From positions 9,731 to 73,730 of the forward strand of contig CBFGOP010000001.1 of assembly GCA_965650415.1 (NCBI GenBank): 64,000 bases of DNA, written 5' to 3'. This document shows positions 45,325 to 54,850 of the stretch, piece by piece. Below the pieces are notes generated by a model. It ran no database searches. It was not told the origin of the DNA and was given only the letters and a program-made list of their open reading frames with translations. The stretch is from an uncultured Prosthecobacter sp. GTDB lineage: Bacteria; Verrucomicrobiota; Verrucomicrobiia; Verrucomicrobiales; Akkermansiaceae. The position numbers and the translations under genes were made by a program. Each line of letters opens with the position of its first letter. The first letter of the stretch is position 1.

Positions 45325-48006
45325 ATGGATTTCGATTTTCCTGAAAGCTTTTTGCTGCTTCCTCTGCTTGCCTTGATCGGTTGGTTTTGGCCGAAGCTTG
45401 GGCTCTTTAGACCTCTGAGAGTGATCATCATTCTTTTTGTGGTCGCTTTGCTCTCGGCACCGAAAATCGTGAAACAGCAAAACGCTCTGGAGTTGATCGT
45501 CTTGTTGGACAGATCCGAATCCACGGAGGATCTCATCGACAAAGGATTGCCGGAATGGACACGTTTGTTAGAGAGTTCGAAACCGAGTCGCAAGGACAGG
45601 CTGAGATTTGTCAATTACGCTTCGGAAGTGGCTGAGGCGGGGATTGATGGATCTTCTTTCACGGGTTCCCGCAAGCTGACGCGGACTGGTCTTGCTTTGT
45701 CCAATTTGATGACTCAGGTGGACGAGAGCATGCCAACCCGTGTGCTGTTGTTTACGGATGGTTATGCGACAGAACCATTGACTGAAGCCGCAGAGCAGAT
45801 GATGAAAAGGGGAGTCCCTCTGGATTATCGATTGATTCGTGAAGAAAATGAACAGGATGCGCGTTTGGCCCGACTCCAGTTTCCCGAGCGTGTGCAGGTT
45901 GGAGAGCCCTTTTTGATCTCCGTGCTGATTCGTGCGAGCGAGGACAAGGAAATCCCACTCATTATCAAACGTAACGGCCAAATTCTCGTTGAAACGAAAG
46001 TGGCTGTGAAAGAAGGAAACGGCGCGATCGAGTTCACGGATCGGTTGGGTCAGGTTGGTGCCTTTGAATACGAAGCCGAGATCCGACCTGAGAAGGATGC
46101 GCATGTGGGTAACAACCGCATGAAACGCTGGATGGAAATTACCGGAGGTCCGAGGTTGTTGCTGGTCAGCAAGTATGAGGATGATCCTGTGGCAAAAGCC
46201 ATGGCAGACATGGATTTCGATGTTCAGGTCGTCAGTGATTTCTCACTTCTCAAGCCCGGATTGTTGGGAGGAACAAAAGCAGTCGTTTTCAATAATGTTC
46301 CAGCGCATGAGATTCCCAACGATTTCATCAAAGCTCTGGACTTCTTCGTAAGAGAACAAGGTGGTGGTTTCATGATGGCAGGGGGTAAACGCTCCTTTGG
46401 TGCGGGTGGGTATTTCCAGTCGGCGATTGATGAACTGCTCCCTGTTTCCATGGAGCTGAAATCCGAGCATCGTAAACTGTCGGTTGCTCTGGCGATTGTG
46501 ATGGATCGATCCGGATCGATGGCTGTCAACGTGGCGGGAGGAAAAACCAAAATGGATCTGGCTAACTCCGGGGCGATTGCTGCTGTTAATCTGTTAGGAG
46601 GGATGGACCAGGTCACGGTGTTCGCGGTGGACAGTCAGCCTACCAAGGTTGTTCCGCTCACCGCAGTTGGCGGGAAGCAGGCGCAGATCAACCAGCGTGT
46701 TTCACGCATTGCATCAAGCGGGGGTGGAATCTTTGTTTTCACCGGACTCAAGGCAGGCTGGGAAGAACTGCGCAAATCGAAGTCGGGCACACGTCACCTC
46801 ATTTTGTTCACCGATGCTCAGGACACGGAAGAACCGGGTGATTATAAAAAATTACTGGAGGAAATGACCAAAGAAGGCGCCACGGTTTCGGTCATCGGCC
46901 TCGGGAACAACAAGGACATTGACGCTGCCCTGTGCGAGGACATCGCCAAGTTGGGTAATGGCAGGATTTTTTTCTCGGATCAGCCGATGGATATCCCGCA
47001 GATTTTCGCGCAGGAAACCGTCACGATTGCCAGATCCGCGTTTCTCGAAGAACCCGTCGGTGTCCTGGCTTCAGGGCGGTGGAGTGAAATCTCCCCGAAA
47101 CCCATCGAATGGCTACCGAGAGTGGGAGGATACAATTTGTCCTATGCACGTGAGGACAGCACGGTCTCGCTCGTATCGAAGGATGAATACGTCGCACCTC
47201 TCGTTGCACATGCGCGCCGCGGCCTGGGTCGGACCATGGCGGTTTCCTTTCCGCTCGGTGGCGACTATTCCGCGGATGTCAGAAATTGGAGCGGATACGG
47301 CGATTTTGTCCAAACCACAGGACGTTTTCTGATGGGACAACAACTGCCTCCGGGCATTGCTCTCAAGCATCGGGTCATGGGAACCCGCTTGGAACTCAGC
47401 CTTCTCTATGATTCTGAGACTTGGGGCGAGCGCCTCAGCCAGGATCCGCCTGTGGTAAAACTTCAGGACGAGGCTGGGGGAGCCATCTACGAAGTACCGT
47501 GGCGCAGGATTGCGCCTGGTCACTTTGCGCTCAGCCGGGATCTGGAGGAGGGAAGTATTGTGAAGGGAGCCATCCGAGTAGGTGAACATGCTCTGGCATT
47601 CGGCCCCATCAGCGTGGGTTCCAGTATCGAATGGGCTTTTGAAACCGAGCGACTAGAGGAACTTCGTCAGGTTTCCCACCTTACCAAGGGTCGCCGCTTG
47701 CTCAAACTGGAAGACGCATGGCTCAGGCCGCCCTACTTGGCTGCCCACTCGCTGAACTTGCCTCTCGGAATCTCCTTGCTGTTGCTTATCGTCCTGGAGG
47801 CTCTCATCACCCGAACTGGATGGAAACTCCCTGAATTTGTCCGTTTCAAGAGTGAAAAAGTCAAAACCGCGAAACCCAAGAAAAACCGGACTCCGAAAGC
47901 TCCCAAAACCGTGGTCGAAAAAGCTCCAGCAGAAGCTCCCGATGCCGTTGTACCAGATGAATCCGAGCGGCGTTCCCGTTTCCAAAAAGCCAAGGACAGA
48001 AAATAG
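45325..48006 (+). CDS. Large membrane protein: BatA_N-type N-terminus, VWA-like module, GATase1-like module, second VWA (MIDAS), C-terminal TM and K-rich tail
   Basis: FPESFLLLPLLALIGWFW, LIVLLDRSEST, a GGGFMMAGG block, VALAIVMDRSGSM...LILFTDAQD, C-terminal TM LGISLLLLIVLEALI, and a KPKKNRTPKAPK tail. Confidence 0.75.
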   Translation: MDFDFPESFLLLPLLALIGWFWPKLGLFRPLRVIIILFVVALLSAPKIVKQQNALELIVLLDRSESTEDLIDKGLPEWTRLLESSKPSRKDRLRFVNYASEVAEAGIDGSSFTGSRKLTRTGLALSNLMTQVDESMPTRVLLFTDGYATEPLTEAAEQMMKRGVPLDYRLIREENEQDARLARLQFPERVQVGEPFLISVLIRASEDKEIPLIIKRNGQILVETKVAVKEGNGAIEFTDRLGQVGAFEYEAEIRPEKDAHVGNNRMKRWMEITGGPRLLLVSKYEDDPVAKAMADMDFDVQVVSDFSLLKPGLLGGTKAVVFNNVPAHEIPNDFIKALDFFVREQGGGFMMAGGKRSFGAGGYFQSAIDELLPVSMELKSEHRKLSVALAIVMDRSGSMAVNVAGGKTKMDLANSGAIAAVNLLGGMDQVTVFAVDSQPTKVVPLTAVGGKQAQINQRVSRIASSGGGIFVFTGLKAGWEELRKSKSGTRHLILFTDAQDTEEPGDYKKLLEEMTKEGATVSVIGLGNNKDIDAALCEDIAKLGNGRIFFSDQPMDIPQIFAQETVTIARSAFLEEPVGVLASGRWSEISPKPIEWLPRVGGYNLSYAREDSTVSLVSKDEYVAPLVAHARRGLGRTMAVSFPLGGDYSADVRNWSGYGDFVQTTGRFLMGQQLPPGIALKHRVMGTRLELSLLYDSETWGERLSQDPPVVKLQDEAGGAIYEVPWRRIAPGHFALSRDLEEGSIVKGAIRVGEHALAFGPISVGSSIEWAFETERLEELRQVSHLTKGRRLLKLEDAWLRPPYLAAHSLNLPLGISLLLLIVLEALITRTGWKLPEFVRFKSEKVKTAKPKKNRTPKAPKTVVEKAPAEAPDAVVPDESERRSRFQKAKDRK

Positions 48007-48080
48007 TTTTACGGAAAACTTAATTTCCCTGCGATAGGCACTTGCAAACTTCCTTTCTGCCCATTAATCCCTCCGCCGTC

Positions 48081-48695
48081 ATGTCTAAAACCGGAGCGAT
48101 TGATTTTCCTACCAGCGGATACGAAGCAGTGATTTTTGATTGCGATGGAACTTTGGTTGACTCCATGCCGGCACATTTTGATGCCTGGTGTGAGGCTCTG
48201 GCGTTCTATGGTGCAGGCGGAATTTTCAAAGAAGATGTTTTCTACGCCATGGGCGGAAGACCGACCCGTGATATCGTTGTGGATATTAACGAGGAATACG
48301 ATCTCAAGCTAGATCCTGAAGCCGTGGCTCTCGCCAAACGCGATGCTTATCTGAAAAAACTCCACACGGTGGAATTTATTGATGAAGTGGCAGACTTCGC
48401 CCGTTCTCTAAGAGGTAAAATTCCGATGGCCGTTGCTTCGGGCGGCTCGCGCTATGTCGTGGAAAAAACCCTGCGTCTGCTCGATTGCTCTGATTGGTTC
48501 GATGAAGTCGTTACTGCCGATGATGTTGTCAATGGTAAGCCCGCACCGGATATATTCCTCAAAGCGGCTGAACTTTTGGGCGTTGCTCCGGAAAAATGTT
48601 TGGTTATCGAGGACGCTGCACCGGGTGTCATCGCTGCACAAGCAGCAGGCATGCAAGTCGTTACCGTACCGATGCCAATGTTGATGAAGATTTAA
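48081..48695 (+). CDS. HAD-superfamily hydrolase (beta-phosphoglucomutase-like subfamily IA)
   Basis: VIFDCDGTLVDS, AVASGGSR, KPAPDIFL, VIEDAAPGVIAAQAAGM. Confidence 0.8.
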   Translation: MSKTGAIDFPTSGYEAVIFDCDGTLVDSMPAHFDAWCEALAFYGAGGIFKEDVFYAMGGRPTRDIVVDINEEYDLKLDPEAVALAKRDAYLKKLHTVEFIDEVADFARSLRGKIPMAVASGGSRYVVEKTLRLLDCSDWFDEVVTADDVVNGKPAPDIFLKAAELLGVAPEKCLVIEDAAPGVIAAQAAGMQVVTVPMPMLMKI

Positions 48696-48732
48696 GCTGA
48701 GAAGGGGTTGTTAAACCCCTTCTCCAAAAGTG

Positions 48733-49884
48733 CTACTGCGGGACATCAATCCAACATCCTTTTTCATGGGACAGTAGAGATAGTTCGGCGAGTTGAACCC
48801 CTTTGGCACCTTCACGAAGAGTCCATTTGAACGGGGTGTCAATGACGACATGCTTGATGAACATTTCCCACTGGATTTTGAATGCGTTGTCGAAATTGAG
48901 CTGATCGGGAACTTCAGTCCAGTTGTCGTAGAAATTGATGGGGGAGTCGATGTCCGGATTCCAGATCGGTCGTGGGGTGACGGACTGGTGTTGTGCCCAG
49001 CATTTGCGGAGTCCGACAATCGCGGAGCCTTCAGTGCCATCGACCTGCATGGTGAATAGGTCATCGCGGCGAACGCGCACATTCCATGAGGAGTTGAATT
49101 GGCAGGTGATACCGCTATCGGTCTCAAAGATGGCGTAAGCGGAGTCGTCTGTGGTACAGTTGAAGGGTTTTCCTGCTTCATCGAAACGCTGTGGAATATG
49201 TGTGGCAGCTTTGCAGAAGACACGGGTGATGTTTCCGAAAAGATTGTCGATCACATATCTCCAGTGGCAGTGCATGTCGACGATCATGCCGCCGCCGTCT
49301 TCGGCTCGGTAGTTCCAGGAAGGACGTTGGATAGGTTGTCCTTCGTGCTCGCCAGTGAAAACCCAGTAACCGAATTCGCCACGTACGGAGAGGATATTTC
49401 CGAAGAATCCCTGTTCTTTGAGAAGTTGGTATTTGCGAATACCAGGCAGCCAGAGTTTGTCCTGGACCGTGCCGTTTTTAACTCCAGCTTTTTCGGCGAT
49501 CTCGGCGATGCGGATGGCTTCGGAATAGACGCTTGCGGTGGGTTTCTCGCAATAGACGTGTTTGCCTGCTGCGATGGCCCGCTCGAGAAACGGAATACGG
49601 TGCGGGGTGCCGGAAGCATCGAAAAAGATTTCGTTGTAAGGGTCTGCAAGGGCAGCGTCGAGATCCGTGGAGAAACGCTCGACTCCGTGTTTTTTTGCGA
49701 GCTCTGAGAGTTTGTTTTGATTGCGACCTGTCAGGATGGGATCGGGAATCACCCGTGTTCCATCAGGGAGCTGAACGCCACCTTGATCGCGGATAGCGAG
49801 GATGGAGCGGATGAGGTGTTGGTTGGTGCCCATGCGTCCGGTGACGCCGTTAAGGATAATGCCGATTTTTTTCATAAAGTTCAA
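48733..49884 (-). CDS. Gfo/Idh/MocA-family NAD(P)-dependent oxidoreductase
   Basis: N-terminal Rossmann KIGIILNGVTGRMG, HVYCEKP, and the family-typical EKP motif and C-terminal alpha/beta domain. Confidence 0.8.
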   Translation of the reverse strand: MNFMKKIGIILNGVTGRMGTNQHLIRSILAIRDQGGVQLPDGTRVIPDPILTGRNQNKLSELAKKHGVERFSTDLDAALADPYNEIFFDASGTPHRIPFLERAIAAGKHVYCEKPTASVYSEAIRIAEIAEKAGVKNGTVQDKLWLPGIRKYQLLKEQGFFGNILSVRGEFGYWVFTGEHEGQPIQRPSWNYRAEDGGGMIVDMHCHWRYVIDNLFGNITRVFCKAATHIPQRFDEAGKPFNCTTDDSAYAIFETDSGITCQFNSSWNVRVRRDDLFTMQVDGTEGSAIVGLRKCWAQHQSVTPRPIWNPDIDSPINFYDNWTEVPDQLNFDNAFKIQWEMFIKHVVIDTPFKWTLREGAKGVQLAELSLLSHEKGCWIDVPQ

Positions 49885-49959
49885 AATTCAATTTTAAAGG
49901 AAGACGATGAATGGTTAGGGAGCCATCGCCGAGGGCTCCGCATGAAATGAGGAGATGGG

Positions 49960-50772
49960 TTAGAGGTCTTTTGTTGAGTTCAGGATTTTATTGAGGAAAT
50001 CGTGTTGATTCATGGCCCAGTATTTCCGTGAAAAAATTTCGATTTCGGTAAGTCCTTCAAAAGAGGTATTGCGGATCATCTTGAGAATCCGCGGGGTCGC
50101 ATTGACACCTTCACCCGGAAGACCGCGATCCAATAAAGGATGTTCGAAGTCGGGTTTGAACTCACAAATGTGAAAGGCGAAAAGATGGCCATGTTTGGCG
50201 CAGGTTTGGATCTCTTGTTCCAAGTTGGTTTCCCACCAGACATGGAAAGTATCCACCGCGATACCGACCAGAGGATGGTTGATGCGCTGAGCGAGTATGT
50301 TGGCATCCTTGAGGGAGGCGACTGCGGATCGGTCTCCGGCATACATGGGATGCAAGGGCTCGATGGCGAGTTTGATTCCAGTGGCTTCGGCAATGGGAAG
50401 CAGGGCGCGGATTCCATCTTCGATTTGATCAAGATTTTCATCGGGTGACTGACCGAGGGTTGCGCCACAGACCAAGACGATCATTGGCAGCCCTAGGATT
50501 TCCGCTTCTTTCATGGCTTCGATATTTTTAGATATCGCAAGTTCACGGTCGGGTATGGTTTTACCGGTAAAAAAACCACCCCTTACGATCGAGACTGGAA
50601 CAAGTCCGCTGTCATCCAGCAACCGTCGCACCGATTTCAGGTCTTCATTCGCGATGGTTTCTCTCCATATGGAAATTCCACCAATCCCGGCGCGAGCGTA
50701 GTTTTCAATGCACTCTCGGATATTCCAAGGTTGGTTTGTGAACGTATGAATGGCGAGTTGATCGGGCGACAT
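49960..50772 (-). CDS. Sugar phosphate isomerase/epimerase (xylose-isomerase-like TIM barrel)
   Basis: 270 aa with the pattern of alternating beta/alpha segments and conserved acidic/His positions (LAIEPLHP, VDTFHVWW, HICEF). Confidence 0.7.
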   Translation of the reverse strand: MSPDQLAIHTFTNQPWNIRECIENYARAGIGGISIWRETIANEDLKSVRRLLDDSGLVPVSIVRGGFFTGKTIPDRELAISKNIEAMKEAEILGLPMIVLVCGATLGQSPDENLDQIEDGIRALLPIAEATGIKLAIEPLHPMYAGDRSAVASLKDANILAQRINHPLVGIAVDTFHVWWETNLEQEIQTCAKHGHLFAFHICEFKPDFEHPLLDRGLPGEGVNATPRILKMIRNTSFEGLTEIEIFSRKYWAMNQHDFLNKILNSTKDL

Positions 50773-50779
50773 GGGGAAA

Positions 50780-51763
50780 TCAGGTGGATTCTCCGACGAT
50801 CAGTTCGCCGGGGACTTTGAGAACATTAGACGTGGTGATAAAATCAAAGATTTGTAGTTCCAGACGTGTGGCTGCTAACTCCGCAAGTTTGGCAATTGGG
50901 AGACTCACGGTGGTCAGCAAGGGGCGTGAGAGTTGCCTGACAGGAGAGTCGTCGAATCCGGTTACCGAAATTTGCTTTGGAACAGATATTCCCAATCGGT
51001 CCAATTCGCTCAAGATGACCGTACCGATGATATCGTTGACACAGATCAGGGCGTTGTAGGGTTTGCTGAGAGATTTTACCTTCGCGGTATTGATCGAATG
51101 GATGTTTGGGAAAACGAAAAGGTCTTTCTCTGGGTGAAACGGCACCTGGTGATTTTTGCAGGAATTGATTAGACCGTTGAATCGTTTTTCATGAATCTGG
51201 CCGAGATTATCGAGAGAGAGGAAAGCAGGTTTGAGTTTCGGATTTTTGGAGAGCAAATGCGTGATGATACGCTCCATTCCGAGGGCGTTTTCCGTTGCAA
51301 CGCAGGGGAGTTCGGGAATGTCACGGTTGAGCACGATGAAGGGGGTGCCGTATTTCTTGAGCTCCTTGAGATTGGCTGCAGTTGGCGGATGGAAGGCGAA
51401 GATAAAACCATTGATGTCACCGCCTTTTTTATGAGGGAAAAGTTTGAAATCGTGCGAGTTGCTATCACAGAGGAGGTTGATCTCACATTTTTTGAAGCCG
51501 GATTTGATTCCGGAAATCAGTGACGTAAGATCGAAGAACAGAGCACGCTCCGGCTCGATCAAACGCGGGAGAATCAGTTTGATATTGAGAATAGCCCGAC
51601 TGTGCGGACGGCGGATATTGCGTTTGATGTAGCCCATTTTTTCCGCCGTTTTGCATATCTTTGCGGTGAGCTCTGGAGTGATCAGGCGGGACTGGTTCAA
51701 CGCACGCGAGACGGTCGCGGTTGAGATTTGCAAGGCTTCGGCAATATCCGTGATGGTTGTCAT
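50780..51763 (-). CDS. LacI-family transcriptional regulator
   Basis: From ATG 51763: MTTITDIAEALQISTATVSRALN (HTH), followed by a periplasmic-binding-protein-like sugar-binding fold. ATGA overlap with the upstream gene stop. Confidence 0.85.
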   Translation of the reverse strand: MTTITDIAEALQISTATVSRALNQSRLITPELTAKICKTAEKMGYIKRNIRRPHSRAILNIKLILPRLIEPERALFFDLTSLISGIKSGFKKCEINLLCDSNSHDFKLFPHKKGGDINGFIFAFHPPTAANLKELKKYGTPFIVLNRDIPELPCVATENALGMERIITHLLSKNPKLKPAFLSLDNLGQIHEKRFNGLINSCKNHQVPFHPEKDLFVFPNIHSINTAKVKSLSKPYNALICVNDIIGTVILSELDRLGISVPKQISVTGFDDSPVRQLSRPLLTTVSLPIAKLAELAATRLELQIFDFITTSNVLKVPGELIVGEST

Positions 51764-52707
51764 GAGATGTAGCTTAGACGGGTTGCGCAATCCTTGAGAA
51801 TCTCAAATTCCCATTCAGGACGCTTTGCGGAGCTGGGATGCGTCAGGGGGGAAGGGCAGCGACCGATAAGGTTTTGGAAAACAGCGCAGGAATGCTTGTA
51901 GGCTGGAACGGGCGCGCGGAAGGCGATGTTTCCGAGATACTGGATGTTGTCTGTCAAAAGATGATAGCGTTCATCTCCTTCGAGCCAGTATTGATCTCTC
52001 AAAGCGAACAACTCGGGACAAAATGCCGCGAGACCCAGAAGGTAATCCGATCCGTATTCGGTCATGTCGATTGCAAGATCGTTTCCTGTGAAAATTTTGA
52101 ACTCGGGACGGACTCGGTCACGGATTTCCAAACGACGCAGTTCGATCCCCCGATCCAAGGATGAGTGCTTGATTCCTTTCAAGGCCGGAATCTGAATCAA
52201 TCCGGTGATGGTTTCTTCGTCGAAAATCATCCCGTTGGGGGCGAACATTGATCCAAGCTCAAAACCGATTACCGAGTCGTAGCCGTCACATACTTTGGCG
52301 TAGAGATCGACAATCTGGGAAGGGCTCCAGGAATGAAAGCGGGTGGTTTGGAAAAGAATGGGCGTACCTCCATGAGCGACAATCTCGTCCATTTGTTTCC
52401 GGTAGAGCTGCACGAGATCGCCTTCCAGTCCTTCGACGAAAGCGCCGGCTACGAAATCCCGCTTGGACTGGATGACTTCTTGGGTGAGGCGTAGAATGAG
52501 GGAGCGTTCCTCTTCTTTTAGATAGTTCGCATAACCGGTGTCCATGTTGACAGCGCAACCGAGACCCGCGTTGGTGGTGCGTGCTACCGATTGTTGGAAT
52601 GAGTCCGTGGCAATCGATCCATCGGGATTGAAAGGTAGCAGGCAAGCTGCGTAACCGGTTACCTTGCGGTTCAGTTTTTTGGCATCGTGGCGTGATTGGA
52701 TTGACAT
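51760..52707 (-). CDS. DapA/NAL-like class I aldolase family protein (putative)
   Basis: N-terminus GYAACLLPFNPDGSIATDSF...LKEEER resembles the DapA-family start. LKGIKHSS is a possible Schiff-base lysine context. The assignment is tentative. Confidence 0.5.
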   Translation of the reverse strand: MSIQSRHDAKKLNRKVTGYAACLLPFNPDGSIATDSFQQSVARTTNAGLGCAVNMDTGYANYLKEEERSLILRLTQEVIQSKRDFVAGAFVEGLEGDLVQLYRKQMDEIVAHGGTPILFQTTRFHSWSPSQIVDLYAKVCDGYDSVIGFELGSMFAPNGMIFDEETITGLIQIPALKGIKHSSLDRGIELRRLEIRDRVRPEFKIFTGNDLAIDMTEYGSDYLLGLAAFCPELFALRDQYWLEGDERYHLLTDNIQYLGNIAFRAPVPAYKHSCAVFQNLIGRCPSPLTHPSSAKRPEWEFEILKDCATRLSYIS

Positions 52708-52748
52708 AGGCAGTTTTTTACTTGCAAATGATTATGTTGATTTGCGCT

Positions 52749-52758
52749 TTGCATGCAA
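52749..52758. promoter_or_regulatory. Candidate operator palindrome upstream of the aldolase-lacI operon
   Basis: Perfect 10-bp palindrome TTGCATGCAA located 42-51 nt upstream of the ATG at 52707. A second inverted repeat GCAAAT(N10)ATTTGC lies at 52724-52745. This is pattern only. Confidence 0.2.
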
Positions 52759-52825
52759 CAAGATTTTTAGAAAAATGATCGAGGCGTGATTTGACAAGGC
52801 GAGGGGATTGGAAAAGATCGTTTTT

Positions 52826-53197
52826 ATGTACGAAGCATCAGGCAAAATCAAGTTGATCAGCGATACCCAGAGTTTTCCGAGTGGATTCTCGAAACGGGAG
52901 TTTGTGGTAACGACAGCGGACAGCAAGTATCCGCAGGATCTCAAGTTTGAGGTAGTGAAGGACAAATGTGCGGTGCTGGACAAATTTCGTGAAGGTCAGG
53001 ACGTCGTGGTCAATTTCGATATCCGCGGCAACGAGTATAACGGAAAATATTACGTCAATTTGTCCTGTTGGAAAATCGCGGGTGGAAAAGGCGCAGCAGC
53101 TTCGGATGAGTATTCTCAGGAAATTCCAGCTGATGCGGAACCCTCACCAGAGGATTTGAGAAACACCGAAGATTTCGATGACGATATTCCCTTTTGA
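52826..53197 (+). CDS. DUF3127-like OB-fold protein with SSB-type disordered linker and C-terminal DFDDDIPF tip
   Basis: MYEASGKIKLISDTQSFPSGFSKREFVV...GKYYVNLSCWKI matches the DUF3127 pattern from memory. A G/A/P/acidic linker follows. The last residues, EDFDDDIPF, are read directly from the DNA. Confidence 0.75.
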   Translation: MYEASGKIKLISDTQSFPSGFSKREFVVTTADSKYPQDLKFEVVKDKCAVLDKFREGQDVVVNFDIRGNEYNGKYYVNLSCWKIAGGKGAAASDEYSQEIPADAEPSPEDLRNTEDFDDDIPF

Positions 53198-53224
53198 TGT
53201 GCGGACTGTGGTCTGGAAAAAATC

Positions 53225-54106
53225 CTAACCCGCCATCTCGCTGCCGATGCGGGCGTAGAGTTCGATTTGTTTCGCGGAGTTTTCCAAAAGGTCTGCAGCA
53301 AGCTGGATTTTTCCAGGTTCAAAGATCGTGATAGTCGATGAACCGCCGAAAGCGAAGTAACCTTTCTCGTCGCCTTTTTCGACGGCTTTTCCAGGAGTGA
53401 AGGTTTGGTGAATAGAACCCACGCAGGTGGCACCGATTTCCATGAGCAAGATGGTTCCGAAATCTTCGGTTCGAAGCTCGGTGATGGTGCGCTTGTTTGT
53501 CCAGAGGTAAGCGAGTTTTCGCGCCAGCGCGATGGGAGAAACCGAAAACAAGGGACCTTCCAAGGTTCGGGTTTTTGAGGGAATTCCTGATGCAGGAAAA
53601 TGAAAGCGATGGTAATCGACCGGACACAGGCGGGAGAGCACAAGCGAGCCGTGGGCATATTTTTCTGCAAGAGTTGGATCGGCAAGCAGAGCGGGAAGAT
53701 CGAAGGTCTGACCTTTCACGAAAAACGAATCGATTTTTGAAATGTCCGCAAAACCGAGATGTCTGCCATCGGCTGGAAAAACGATGGGGGAGGCTGCGAT
53801 GGGTCGAGCCTCCGGCTTGAGCTTGCGATAGAAGAATTCGTTGAAGCTGCGGAAGGATGAGGGTGAATCCGCGAAATCCGCAGGATCGAGGCCGTATTTA
53901 TCGATAAATGGTTGAATCCGACTGGCGGATTCGGGTTTCGACATCCGTTTTCCATACCATTTGGAGAAGCCATGGCGTTTGACCAAGGCATGCAGAGCGA
54001 GTTTTCCTAGCGGATTGCCATAGGTCCAGCGCAGGAACGCCTCTCCATAAACCTGTTCAGTCTCATTTTGCAGGGTATGACGGTTGAAGTAGCGAATGGT
54101 TTCCAC
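53225..54106 (-). CDS. psd: Phosphatidylserine decarboxylase proenzyme
   Basis: RLCPVDYHRFHFP and the self-cleavage motif context FAFGGSTI. Confidence 0.88.
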   Translation of the reverse strand: METIRYFNRHTLQNETEQVYGEAFLRWTYGNPLGKLALHALVKRHGFSKWYGKRMSKPESASRIQPFIDKYGLDPADFADSPSSFRSFNEFFYRKLKPEARPIAASPIVFPADGRHLGFADISKIDSFFVKGQTFDLPALLADPTLAEKYAHGSLVLSRLCPVDYHRFHFPASGIPSKTRTLEGPLFSVSPIALARKLAYLWTNKRTITELRTEDFGTILLMEIGATCVGSIHQTFTPGKAVEKGDEKGYFAFGGSSTITIFEPGKIQLAADLLENSAKQIELYARIGSEMAG

Positions 54107-54244
54107 GCGAGCAGGAAACCGTGACTCGGGGTTAAAGTCAAAGCCTGAAAGTGCCTAGAATGGTCTGAAATGAATGGATTTTCAATGACGTAAAGTGACG
54201 AATTCAACTTGCGAGCGAAACCTTCCGAGACTATCTCCCCGCCG

Positions 54245-54850
54245 ATGCAACCCCTTTTCCTAACTCCCATCCTTCTGACCCTGGTTTTTACATCGTGTGA
54301 AAAACATCAGGATCGCGTGAAGGTGGAGGAAACCCGCAGGGAGACGACGAAGGACACCTCCCCGAAAATGTTTGCGACCAGCAATGAGCGCTTCCTCGAT
54401 GCCAAGCCAAGCCCGGTAGAGGGCACGACTCCTGAAACATGGTTGGTCAGACCAGCCAGACAGTTCCGGCTGCTGAACTACAGTTTCGGTGAATCCGCAT
54501 TGGGTGAAGTTTATGTCTCGATTTCATCCGGCGGCGTTCTCGAAAACGTCAACCGTTGGCTGAAACAATTCGGCAAAGAAGATCTCGATCAAACGGGCTT
54601 CGAGAGCATGGAGCGGATTCCGATTGTCGGGGTCGAGGGAGTCTGGATCGAAGCCGATGGCGAATACGGTGCCGGCATGGGTGCCGAGGCGAAACCGGGC
54701 TACGGCCTGGCAGGCGTCATCGCGGAGGTGGATGGCAAGATTTTGACCGTGAAAATGGTCGGCCCGAAAAACGAGGTCGCAGCGGAAAGGGAACGTCTCC
54801 GTGCCTTTGTTGGCAGCCTGCGCATGACCGGTGCCTCCACGGAACAATGA
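54245..54850 (+). CDS. Hypothetical lipoprotein, translationally coupled to resB
   Basis: From ATG 54245: MQPLFLTPILLTLVFTSCEKHQ, with lipobox FTSC. No other Cys. Its stop overlaps the resB ATG (ATGA). Confidence 0.65.
   Translation: MQPLFLTPILLTLVFTSCEKHQDRVKVEETRRETTKDTSPKMFATSNERFLDAKPSPVEGTTPETWLVRPARQFRLLNYSFGESALGEVYVSISSGGVLENVNRWLKQFGKEDLDQTGFESMERIPIVGVEGVWIEADGEYGAGMGAEAKPGYGLAGVIAEVDGKILTVKMVGPKNEVAAERERLRAFVGSLRMTGASTEQ

Noticed and set aside
54556-54846. N-terminal 97-aa extension of the resB ORF
   Set aside because: It is Arg/Gly-rich, overlaps the well-formed lipoprotein gene in another frame, and a proper ATG at 54847 gives the expected TM start.
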